The notes under the pieces are model-generated. The model made no database searches. It saw nothing but the letters and a program-made list of their open reading frames with translations, and had not been told where the DNA came from. Of a DNA stretch of 64,000 nucleotides, positions 10,135 through 19,145 are shown piece by piece; position 1 is the stretch's first letter, and each line of letters opens with the position of its first letter. This DNA is from Candidatus Multivoradales bacterium (GTDB taxonomy: Bacteria; Acidobacteriota; Thermoanaerobaculia; Multivoradales; J023), in NCBI GenBank assembly GCA_965248925.1, contig CBDFLE010000006.1, positions 3,456,001-3,520,000 of the forward strand, read 5' to 3'. Position numbers and translations under genes: made by a program.

Positions 10135-11994
10135 CTAGGATTCGCCTGTTTCGGATTCGACGCAGACGTCGATCGCCGGCCCGAAGCCGAACTCCGGACC
10201 AACGTTCTGAGCACAGACACTGCCGGGAACACAATCTTGGTCGCTGTCGCAATCGCCTTGGCCAGGCTGGCAGGGAGCGCAATCGCGGCAGAAATGACCG
10301 TGGCCGGCGGGCCGGCTACACATCTCGGTCTCACCGGGTGCGACGCAAACATCGACCCTGGGGGCGAATCCGTGGCTAGCCCCCAGGTCATTCCCGCACA
10401 CGGCCCCAGAAGCACAATCTTGGTCGCCGTCGCAGTCACCTTGGCCAGGCTGGCAGGGACCACAATCGCGGCAGAAATGACCGTGGCCAGGCGGCCAGGC
10501 ACAGTCGGATTCAGTCCCTGCCCCAATCGGTGTTCGCTGTGGGATGGCCTGTGCACCGACCGCTAGACGGCGAAAGGACTGCGGGATTCGAGCGCTACCC
10601 GTGTTGGCGAGGCTGAGGCTTGCGATGTCGGTCCGAGGCTGCCCTTCGGGGTCGTTCCAACTCCGAGTGTAAACCAGAGCTTGGGCTGGATCCGGCTCTC
10701 GCCGGAGGGCCACGAAGTCTGGTAGCGGGGTAGATTCAGGGGGGGTCCTGGTGGTCTCGATCGGCCAGGGCTCACTCTCACACCGGCGGTCCGATGCCAG
10801 TCGACATAGGTGAGTCCAGCGCAGTCCTTGACCGCTGTAGGGGTCGGTTGGGGTAGTGAGATGCAAATGAAAAGCCGCACAGCTATCTTCCAAGTCACCT
10901 TCGGGGTCCCCCTGATTGGTGGCCATGGCGATCAGTTTTCCATCGGGGCTGATCGCCGCCAACATATCTCCCCATTCGGCGATCTGACCCATCTGGCGAT
11001 GGACCGGAGTGTCCGGTGGCTGCCGTACCGGCTTCAGTTCTTCGAAGGCTTGCCGAGGCCGACAATGTCTGTTGAGCTCCACGACATAGACTCGCAGCAC
11101 CGGAACTTCTAGCGGCTCCGCGCCCGCGATGCAGGTGCCGCCGCCACCGTCGAATCCGTGACTGTTCCACCACGCCCAGCCAGAGGGACGACGGGGCTCG
11201 TCATAGCACCGTCGCACGATGCTCAGACGCTGGCCTGGCGTACATCCTCCGGGTCGCGACGAGAGCTGCGCCGAAACTCGCCCGGTGAGGCAATTCTCGC
11301 GCCAGAGTTCGGCTGGGGCGAACGCTTCGACGGTGATATCGCCGTGATTGGAGAACTCAAGTGAGTAGATCTGCGCCGCGTTCTTTTCCTGCTCATAACC
11401 TGTCGCCGGGGAGGAGTACCAGCCGCCGGCATCGGGAAACACCAGGGCGTTGAAAAGAGCCCGGTCCTCGTGTAGCCAAGTGGACCAACCGTGGACTTCC
11501 GAGTTCTGGCCAAGGAACCGCCGGGTCAGGTTGGTGTGAACCCAAAGGTCGTCGGTGGGGTCATCCTCGTCGTTTCGCCGGTGCTCGGCCAACCAAAGGG
11601 TCGGCCGCCCGTAGCTGCATCCGAGACCAGCTCCTCGAACTCCGTTCCAAGCAGGACATGAAGGTTTGGAGCGAGCGACCAACAACCGATCGAGTCCCGG
11701 TGCGACCGACGCGACTCCGGGAGTCCAACCAAGGTCGACAAAGGGCTCGAGAATGAGCCCGGCAGGGCGGTTCGGCGCGCTCAGGTCGGCGGCCCGAGTT
11801 GCCCCAGTCCGCGTGTCGAGGAAAACGATGTTGTGTTGGTCGGGGTCGAAGGGATGGTAAGTGCAATGCACCTCTTCGTCGGGAATCACCCAATGGCACT
11901 CTGCACCAGCCTCTTGTCCACTCCCGGCCAAGTAGGCGACTGCCAGGAGAACACCGCCCGTCACTCTTGCGGTGGGCGAAAGTAGGTTTGGCAT
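10135..11994 (-). CDS. Secreted protein with two C-terminal Cys-rich repeats
   Basis: Signal-like N-terminus; duplicated GHGHFCRDCxPCQPGQGDCDxDQDCxxGxVC. Confidence 0.8.
   Translation of the reverse strand: MPNLLSPTARVTGGVLLAVAYLAGSGQEAGAECHWVIPDEEVHCTYHPFDPDQHNIVFLDTRTGATRAADLSAPNRPAGLILEPFVDLGWTPGVASVAPGLDRLLVARSKPSCPAWNGVRGAGLGCSYGRPTLWLAEHRRNDEDDPTDDLWVHTNLTRRFLGQNSEVHGWSTWLHEDRALFNALVFPDAGGWYSSPATGYEQEKNAAQIYSLEFSNHGDITVEAFAPAELWRENCLTGRVSAQLSSRPGGCTPGQRLSIVRRCYDEPRRPSGWAWWNSHGFDGGGGTCIAGAEPLEVPVLRVYVVELNRHCRPRQAFEELKPVRQPPDTPVHRQMGQIAEWGDMLAAISPDGKLIAMATNQGDPEGDLEDSCAAFHLHLTTPTDPYSGQGLRWTHLCRLASDRRCESEPWPIETTRTPPESTPLPDFVALRREPDPAQALVYTRSWNDPEGQPRTDIASLSLANTGSARIPQSFRRLAVGAQAIPQRTPIGAGTESDCAWPPGHGHFCRDCGPCQPGQGDCDGDQDCASGAVCGNDLGASHGFAPRVDVCVAPGETEMCSRPAGHGHFCRDCAPCQPGQGDCDSDQDCVPGSVCAQNVGPEFGFGPAIDVCVESETGES
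10228..10490. repeat. Direct repeat (about 80 bp x2) encoding the Cys-rich module
   Basis: acaatcttggtcgc...ttggccaggctggcaggga...caatcgcggcagaaatgaccgtggcc occurs at about 10230-10306 and 10414-10488. Confidence 0.85.
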
Positions 11995-12457
11995 AACGAC
12001 GAGACCTCCTTCTACTGCACGGTTTCCACCCGTCGAGAGTTGTACTCCCTCTCGACTGTAACACTCTAGATGTGAATGCCACGAGTGCTCAATCGGTTGA
12101 CTCGGGCCACAGCTGAGTTTTTTTGAGCCTCTTGCACCACCTCTGTGGGCGGCTTAGCCTAAGTGCCTAACACCCATCTCGGGGAGTGAGTCGATCAACC
12201 GATGGAGCTTGCGGGATCGGCGTTTTGCGGCGGCAAAGCGATCCGCCAGCAGCAATCGGCTCCGAGGTCTCTGAAGATCGAGAGTAGCCCCGTACCGAAA
12301 GGGCCGACTGGTACCACCACGTTGGCCTGGGAGTCCTTGGCCAGCTGCTGGCCAACTGTTGCCAGCTGGTGATATTTCGCCACCCTAAGCGCAGCTTAGA
12401 AACGCTGCAACTTCATTGTTATTAGCACTTGTCGTGCTTGACTGTGGGGTCTCCCGG

Positions 12458-12473
12458 TGGCTTTGGGATTGCT
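12458..12473 (+). promoter_or_regulatory. Putative sigma54 (-24/-12) promoter
   Basis: TGGCTTTGGGATTGCT has exact GG-N10-GC spacing with TGGC and TTGCT; about 135 bp upstream of 12609; a sigma54 activator is encoded nearby. Confidence 0.55.
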
Positions 12474-12608
12474 TCTACAAGGGGGCAGAGTTCTTCGATG
12501 GTCGGAGAGCGTTCTGTTCTAGATCTGGAGGTTGCCGCTGCTCTCGAACGATGCGACGTGGACTCTAACGGCCGCGGCTGCAGCCTTCTGCTTTTCAGGA
12601 GATGACCC

Positions 12609-13211
12609 ATGAAGTTGATGTTCAGATGTCTAACGTTGCTGGTTCTGCTCGCTGGGCCTATTTCTGCCGCCGGGGCGGTGGAGCCTTGCCTGCCCGACTG
12701 CGAGACCGATCTTTGGTCGGGCACTTTGACGACGATACTCGTCTTGCCTGGTGGTTGTGCGGTGAAGGTGGAGTACAAGGAGCGAACTGCCTGTGGTCTC
12801 TTCAATGATCTTTACATCGAGAGGATCGAGCCGCTGAATCCCAACGATCCGTCCTGCCGAGCGCTGGGCTTGCTGTCGACCAAACATGTGGTCGACCAGG
12901 TGGCTAAGATCCTGGTGACGATCGAATTCGACGATCCTCACAACCCGCCGCCGCCCGGCACTTGTGAGACCAATTGGCGAGTGGTGGCTGGCTGCTGGTG
13001 TCGCAAGGAGCTACCTGGTGGGGACTGCGGCGCCACCCGGCGATGGGGCCCTTGCGATAGTGGCAGCTGCTGCCTGAAGCCGTATTCCGTCTGTGTCGAC
13101 CCGATCGGTTCGATCTCGGTCACCCCACAGCCTGGTACTTCGTCGGCCGACTGTAGTACGGCGACCTCGACCTGCGGTACCGAGAGTTGCTGCGAATCGG
13201 TTTGTGACTGA
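12609..13211 (+). CDS. Secreted Cys-rich protein (200 aa)
   Basis: AGGAG RBS, signal peptide (..PISAAGA), many Cys concentrated in the C-terminal half. Confidence 0.75.
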   Translation: MKLMFRCLTLLVLLAGPISAAGAVEPCLPDCETDLWSGTLTTILVLPGGCAVKVEYKERTACGLFNDLYIERIEPLNPNDPSCRALGLLSTKHVVDQVAKILVTIEFDDPHNPPPPGTCETNWRVVAGCWCRKELPGGDCGATRRWGPCDSGSCCLKPYSVCVDPIGSISVTPQPGTSSADCSTATSTCGTESCCESVCD

Positions 13212-13516
13212 ATCGATGGCTGCCCGTGCGATCGGCTTGGCTCGGTTTGTAGCGAGCTGGTCGCACGGCCTTGAACGCTCCTCACCTGTCTGACCTACTT
13301 GGCTTCTTGCTGCCGCTAGTCTTGCCAAGCCTCGTGGGTCGCAGCCCTTCGGCTGCTCCCTCCTCCCCCTCTCAATGAGCTGTTTCGCGGACGATTGCCG
13401 CGTAATCCATGAAACTCATGGCTTCGCAGCGGTAGTATCTGCTGAGCAAAAGGAGTGCTGGATCTACTCCTTGGAAATTGAGAGGGTTGCACGGTTGTTT
13501 CTGGCGAGGGAGCTGA

Positions 13517-16500
13517 GTGGTGGCGATTGGGTCGTGGTGCAGATGGATTGGGCGCAGGGCGCAGATCCTCCTGATTTGTATTCCGGCCCCAGGTTTGGCA
13601 GTTCAGGTCTCTGGCGCAGAACCCGTGGAAGTTCATTGGGTCGTTGAGCAGCGCGAGCTACCTTTCACCGGTTGGCGGCAGAATATCGTCTATCATCCGC
13701 GGAGCGGAGTTTGGCTCGGCGGCATCGGTGAGTCTGGAAGGAACTTGCTGCGACTCGCGGCCGACGGTGGGCTGGACGATGCCGAGGTCCAGCTCGCCAG
13801 CGAGCGTTCTTACGTGCTGGATTTCGATCCCACGGGGGTCCTCTGGGTTGCCAACTATCCTGCCGTGGAAGAGGAGGTCTATCGAGGTTTCCTGCTCTAT
13901 CGCCGGGGTCTTGACGGCACCTGGACCCAGCGAAAAATTGCCCCCGGCTCGCTACCCAGACTAAGTATCTGGCCCCAGGCCATCGCCATGGTTTCGGCGA
14001 CGGAAGGTTGGTTGGTGGGCAACAACGGCCTGATGGTCCACCTGCACGAGGGTCGTTTGCGCAAGATGGAGCTGCCACAGGCAGTCGAAGACGAGAACTT
14101 TCATGCCATCGAGATGACCGGGCCGGAGCATGGCTGGGCAGTTGGCACCCAGGGCCTGGTAGCGCGCTACGAAAACGGTTTCTGGGATCGGGTGGAGGTC
14201 CCGGCCGAACTCGATGAGTGGGTTTTCCAGGGCCTCGACATGGATTCCCAAGGGGATCTGTGGGTGGTCGGAGTCGCGGGCTTGGTGGCGCGCTATCGCC
14301 GTGGCCAATGGCGGCGGTTCCCCACCGCGGTGAAAAGCAATCTGAGGGCTATCCACATGCTGTCGCCGACCTCGGGCTGGGCGGTGGGCGCGGAGGGCAT
14401 GATCCTGCGCTTTACTGGTGAGTCGTGGGCGCCGCAGCCTTCGCCGGTGAGTTCCCATCTATCGGACATCGTAATGATCTCGGAATCGGAGGGTTGGATT
14501 GTTGGTCTTGATGCCGTGTTACGGGCGCAGGTCCAGGAGCCGTTGTTTCGCGAAGCCACCGCGTCGGCGCGTTATCGCCAGCTACAGGGGATGGCCAGTC
14601 AGGTCACGGTTCTCCACCTCGATCGAGATGGGCGGGTCGACCTGGCCCGAGTCGAGCCGAGCGGTGTTGCGCTCTATTTCGACCGCGATCTTGGCGCTGG
14701 CGAGCGGATCTTCGACCGGGTCGAGTTGCCGGGTTGGGGTGCAAACGTACCACTGAATACGGTTCATGCCATGGCCTGGGGGGATGCCGAGGGTGACGGT
14801 GATATGGACTTGCTGATGCTTGCGGCTGCTTCCGTGGGCGGTGTTCAGCTGTATCTGAATGGCGGCGATGGGGTGTTGTCGGCGGCCCGGAACGGGGTGT
14901 TGGATCAGGCTGGATCATCGCGGGGCGACACCGCCCATTGGATTGATTTTGCCGGTGACGATGCTCTCGATATCTACTGGTCGCGGAGTCGCACACCGCA
15001 GATCGGATCGCAGGAGAATGAGCTTTACGTCCAAGATGGCGAGGGTGTGTTTGTGCTGTCGAAAGGGCATGGCGGCGAGCGTGGGATTGAATATTTTGTT
15101 TTGCCGGGTGACCTGGACGGTGACGGTGATGTTGATTTCGTGGTGCCCGGCTATGGTGCCGGAGAACTCTCTTTACTGCTCAACGCAGAGGGCGAGCTGG
15201 TGGACCGAACGGAGGCCTCCGGACTGGCGGCGGCAACCTTCGACGGCCGAGTTGCTCAGGGGGAGCTGGCGGATCTAGATCTCGACGGGGACTTGGACTT
15301 GCTGTTGTGCGCCGATCGACTTCTCTTCTTTCGCAACAATGGCCGAGCTCGGTTTAGCCAAATTGAACTCTTCGAGTCGTCGGTTCACTGCTCCATCTCC
15401 GCTTTTTCCGCCAATGGCAGGATGACGGCTGATCTCGACCAAGACGGTCGGTTGGAGATCATGGTCAACTCGGTCGTTGATCAGCACCCCGCGCTGCGAG
15501 TATTCGCTGCTGGCGAGCGGGGGCCGTTTCGCGACGCCACCAGGCGTCTTGGCCTCGCTGATCTGCGCGGTGATTCGTGGACGGTGGATGATCTCGACGG
15601 TGATGGAGACCTCGATCTTCAGCTCATCGGCAATATTTCCGGCGGCGCCAACCGGGTGCTGATCAACTCCAGCGACGGTACTGGATTTTTGGGTCTGCGG
15701 CTACGTGCCACGGCGGCTAATCGGCAGGCGGTGGGCGCCATGGTGAAGGTTTACGAGGCCGGTTACCCCGGTGAGGTCGAGTTCCTGCGCGCCTATGGTC
15801 AACACGGAGTCGGCTTGGCTGCTGGCGGTGCTGGCGCCGCCGAGATGTTGATCCCCGTCGCACCGGGGGCGCTCTACGATCTCGAAGTGACCTTTCCCGG
15901 CGGGCGGCGAGAATTGGTCCAGAGAGTCGCTTCGGGAAGTTGGTTGACGATCTATGAAGGGCCGCTGTCGCAGCGGCTGAAGTACGCCTTGACGGCCGCA
16001 AAAAAGCGACTTTGGCAACATTTGGACTGGCGTTGGGCGCCGCTGTTTTTTGCTGCGGTGATCGGTCTGTGGGTCCTCTGGCATCGTTTACTGCCTGAGT
16101 TCTGGGCGCCACGGCGGAGGCTGGGCTGGCTATTGGCTGGGGCGCCGCCGACGGCTGCCTGCTTGGCGGCGATGGCCGGATTGGCGGCCGCTGGTGATCC
16201 GGCAGCTTGGCGCTGGCCGTTGGCCGTATTGGCAGTGGTGTTCTTGCTGGCGCTGGCAGGCGCTGGTTGGGTCCGACGAAGGCGGGGTGATCGTCGTTTC
16301 GGGCCTTACCTGCTGCGGGCGCTGCTCGGTGAAGGGGCGATGGGCACGGTGCATCAGGCGGTTGATTTGCGCTCGGGGCGGCCGCTGGCGGTCAAGTTGC
16401 TGCTTTCGGGACGCTTGCCAAGGCTAGAGGATCGGGTGCGGATGCTGCGCGAGGCCGAGCTGCTGGCTCGGCTGGAACATCCGCAGGTGGTTCGGGTGAT

Positions 16501-17419
16501 CGATGCCGGGGCGATCAAGGGTCAGGTCTTTCTCGCCATGGAGCTACTCGAGGGCGAGAGCTTGGCGCAGCGGTTGGCGCGCGCGGGGCCGCTGCCGAGC
16601 GCTACGGTTCTGCGGCTGCTCGGCGACGCCGCCGAGGGCCTGGCCTATGTTCACCGCTGCGGCATCGTCCATCGCGATCTGAAGAGCGCCAATCTATTCC
16701 TCGCCAAGCCGCTCAGTGGCACGGGGACGAGTGCTCCCGCAGTGCTCAAACTGATCGACTTTGGGCTCGCAGACCAGGTTGGGACTCCGGCGACCAGCGA
16801 AATCTCGGCGGCCGCGGGCACCGCCGTCTACATGGCACCCGAGGTGCTGCGCGGCGCCACGGCGACCCCATGCTCGGATCTCTATTCGCTCGGAGTGGTG
16901 GCTTGGCAGGCGCTCACCGGCGAGCTGCCGCGGGCTGACTTGGCGGCGCTACTCTCTGACCGTCCTTTGCCGGCTCTTGGCGAACCAGCAGCGCTGATGG
17001 CGACGCCACTTGCTGCGATCCTTGGCAAGTTGCTGGCGCTCGATCCTCTGCATCGTCTGGCCAGTGCCGAGGAGCTGATCGCCGCCTTGCATGAGATAGG
17101 TGGTGGTCGGGAGCCCGCCCTTGCTCGGCACCAAGGGCTTGCCCTGGCGCCGGTTCCAGCATCGCTGCCTGAAGCTTGGCGGCGGTATTTTGACGAGGCT
17201 CGCGGGATGTACTCAGCGGGGCGAGGGGTGGCGGGGCAGGCTCGGATACTCGACTGCCTGAGTGCTATCGAGGAACTTCTCCAGAGCAGCCGGGCGGGCC
17301 AGGCGGCCCTACCGAATGAGCTGGAGGTGGAGCAGATTCTCACCTTGCAGCGACAGTTGAACGGAGTGGATTTGAACGGTGTGGATTTGAACACTTTGGA
17401 CCAAGGAGGGGTGCGATGA
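13517..17419 (+). CDS. Receptor-like Hanks Ser/Thr kinase with Ycf48-like propeller and FG-GAP/CRTAC1-UnbV-like ectodomains
   Basis: GWAVG repeats; many DxDGDGDxD repeats; UnbV-like NRQAVGAMVKV...LEVTFPGG; about three TM segments; kinase motifs LGEGAMG, AVK, HRDLKSAN, DFG, YMAPE. Confidence 0.9.
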   Translation: MVAIGSWCRWIGRRAQILLICIPAPGLAVQVSGAEPVEVHWVVEQRELPFTGWRQNIVYHPRSGVWLGGIGESGRNLLRLAADGGLDDAEVQLASERSYVLDFDPTGVLWVANYPAVEEEVYRGFLLYRRGLDGTWTQRKIAPGSLPRLSIWPQAIAMVSATEGWLVGNNGLMVHLHEGRLRKMELPQAVEDENFHAIEMTGPEHGWAVGTQGLVARYENGFWDRVEVPAELDEWVFQGLDMDSQGDLWVVGVAGLVARYRRGQWRRFPTAVKSNLRAIHMLSPTSGWAVGAEGMILRFTGESWAPQPSPVSSHLSDIVMISESEGWIVGLDAVLRAQVQEPLFREATASARYRQLQGMASQVTVLHLDRDGRVDLARVEPSGVALYFDRDLGAGERIFDRVELPGWGANVPLNTVHAMAWGDAEGDGDMDLLMLAAASVGGVQLYLNGGDGVLSAARNGVLDQAGSSRGDTAHWIDFAGDDALDIYWSRSRTPQIGSQENELYVQDGEGVFVLSKGHGGERGIEYFVLPGDLDGDGDVDFVVPGYGAGELSLLLNAEGELVDRTEASGLAAATFDGRVAQGELADLDLDGDLDLLLCADRLLFFRNNGRARFSQIELFESSVHCSISAFSANGRMTADLDQDGRLEIMVNSVVDQHPALRVFAAGERGPFRDATRRLGLADLRGDSWTVDDLDGDGDLDLQLIGNISGGANRVLINSSDGTGFLGLRLRATAANRQAVGAMVKVYEAGYPGEVEFLRAYGQHGVGLAAGGAGAAEMLIPVAPGALYDLEVTFPGGRRELVQRVASGSWLTIYEGPLSQRLKYALTAAKKRLWQHLDWRWAPLFFAAVIGLWVLWHRLLPEFWAPRRRLGWLLAGAPPTAACLAAMAGLAAAGDPAAWRWPLAVLAVVFLLALAGAGWVRRRRGDRRFGPYLLRALLGEGAMGTVHQAVDLRSGRPLAVKLLLSGRLPRLEDRVRMLREAELLARLEHPQVVRVIDAGAIKGQVFLAMELLEGESLAQRLARAGPLPSATVLRLLGDAAEGLAYVHRCGIVHRDLKSANLFLAKPLSGTGTSAPAVLKLIDFGLADQVGTPATSEISAAAGTAVYMAPEVLRGATATPCSDLYSLGVVAWQALTGELPRADLAALLSDRPLPALGEPAALMATPLAAILGKLLALDPLHRLASAEELIAALHEIGGGREPALARHQGLALAPVPASLPEAWRRYFDEARGMYSAGRGVAGQARILDCLSAIEELLQSSRAGQAALPNELEVEQILTLQRQLNGVDLNGVDLNTLDQGGVR

Positions 17420-19086
17420 CTCATTCGATGGACGAGACCACCGCTGACAGCGACAGCTCGCCGTCGAACTCGGCGGAGTCGCTGCGCTCCCTGGCGCGGT
17501 CGCTGGCCGACGCTCGGCGCCTGGGCGTTGCCCAATTGACTCGTCAGGCAGTGGCTTTCGAGCGTTTGTTGAAGGTCAGCCGGGAGATCGCCGTGCTCGA
17601 CCTCGAGGGCGCGCTGCGGGCGATTCTCGAGGGAGTGCTGGAGCTGACCGGGAGCTGTCGCTCGGCGCTATTCCTGACCGGTCCGGACGACCCGTTGGTC
17701 TTCCGGGCGGGGATGGAGCGAGGTCGGCTCGCGCTCGACGTGGAGGAGTTCCCGGTCAGCCGTTCGGCCCTCGAGCGGGTGATCGAGAGCGGTGAGCTGC
17801 TGGTTCTCGACGATGTACTGTCTTCCGATCTGGCCGGTCGAGCCAGCACGGTGGCACTCCAATTGCGATCGTTGATCGCTATCCCGCTGCGAACCCATCG
17901 GCGGAGCGTTGGTGTGCTTTACCTCGACAGTGATCGTCCGGCCGATCCGCAGCATTTTCGCGATCCTTCGATCCTGCTGGCGATTGGTGCGCAGGCGGCC
18001 GTGGTGATTGATAACGCTCGCATTCACGAAGATCTACAGCGAGATCATTTTCGTTTGCGCCGCGCCTTGGAACCCTCGATGCGTTGTGGTGACATTCTCT
18101 ACCGCAGTGCCCTGATGCATCGAGTTTGTCGTTTGATCGAGCAGGTGGCGGGCCGCCATCTGACCGTTCTGGTACGCGGCGAAACCGGTACCGGCAAAGA
18201 ACTGGTGGCGCGCGAGATTCACCGGCTCAGTAGGCGCTGCAAGCGGCCCTTTCTGAGTTTCAATGTGGGTGCGGTGCCCGACGCGCTGATCGAGAGCGAG
18301 CTTTTCGGCCATCGCAAGGGCTCGTTCACCGGTGCTGTCGACCATCAGAAGGGGTTGTTCGAGGCAGCCGATGGCGGCACTCTTTTTCTCGATGAGATCG
18401 GTGAGGCCTCAGCCGCCATGCAAGTGCGCCTGTTGCGCCTGTTGGAGACTGGTTCCTACCGCCGCCTCGGCGAAACCCAGCTTCGCCATGCCGACCTGCG
18501 GTTGATCGCCGCCACTCACCGAGATCTTGAGAGCGAGGTTCGCGCGGGTCGATTCCGTGCCGATCTTTACTATCGGTTGAATGTCTTTCCGCTGCGGATT
18601 CCGCCGTTGCGCGAGCGTCTAGAAGACCTGGAGATCTTGGTCGAACATTTCGTAGATCGTTCCAACCGGTCTCTCGGTACGGCGATCAAGAACATACCCG
18701 CGGCAACCCTGGAGGCCTTGCGCCGCGGTAGCTGGCCGGGCAACGTGCGCCAGCTCGACAACACCGTCCAGCGCTGGATGGTGCAAGCTCCTGGTGACAT
18801 TTTGCTAGTGCCGGCCGAGGAGCCGGTCGAAGTAGGGCCGTCGGCGATCTGTGAGCAGGTGGCCATTGACCCACCAGCTAAGGACTGTGCGACGCTAGCG
18901 ATGCCAGCGGCGGGAGAGAGTCGCGAGATCCTACCTTTGGCCGAAGTGGAACGCCGCTACCTCCGTGCCGCCCTGGTGGCGACGAACGGCAACCAAAGCG
19001 AAGCGGCCCGCCGCTTGGGCCTCAAACGAGGCACCTTACGCCACCGGCTCAGCAAGCTTGGGCTGGCTACGCCGCCGGTCAGGTAG
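17416..19086 (+). CDS. GAF-domain sigma54-dependent Fis-family activator
   Basis: GAF (VGVLYLDS), GETGTGKE, ESELFGHRKGSFTGA, LFLDEIG, WPGNVRQL, C-terminal HTH; ATGA overlap with the kinase. Confidence 0.93.
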   Translation: MTHSMDETTADSDSSPSNSAESLRSLARSLADARRLGVAQLTRQAVAFERLLKVSREIAVLDLEGALRAILEGVLELTGSCRSALFLTGPDDPLVFRAGMERGRLALDVEEFPVSRSALERVIESGELLVLDDVLSSDLAGRASTVALQLRSLIAIPLRTHRRSVGVLYLDSDRPADPQHFRDPSILLAIGAQAAVVIDNARIHEDLQRDHFRLRRALEPSMRCGDILYRSALMHRVCRLIEQVAGRHLTVLVRGETGTGKELVAREIHRLSRRCKRPFLSFNVGAVPDALIESELFGHRKGSFTGAVDHQKGLFEAADGGTLFLDEIGEASAAMQVRLLRLLETGSYRRLGETQLRHADLRLIAATHRDLESEVRAGRFRADLYYRLNVFPLRIPPLRERLEDLEILVEHFVDRSNRSLGTAIKNIPAATLEALRRGSWPGNVRQLDNTVQRWMVQAPGDILLVPAEEPVEVGPSAICEQVAIDPPAKDCATLAMPAAGESREILPLAEVERRYLRAALVATNGNQSEAARRLGLKRGTLRHRLSKLGLATPPVR

Positions 19087-19145
19087 AGGCTGACTCAGAG
19101 GTTGTCACCAGATTTTGTAGGGGTGCCGGCGTGCGCCCGGACGCC

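Noticed and set aside
17357-17392. 15-bp tandem repeat (NGVDL) at the kinase C-terminus
   Set aside because: About two copies only; likely a neutral slippage duplication.
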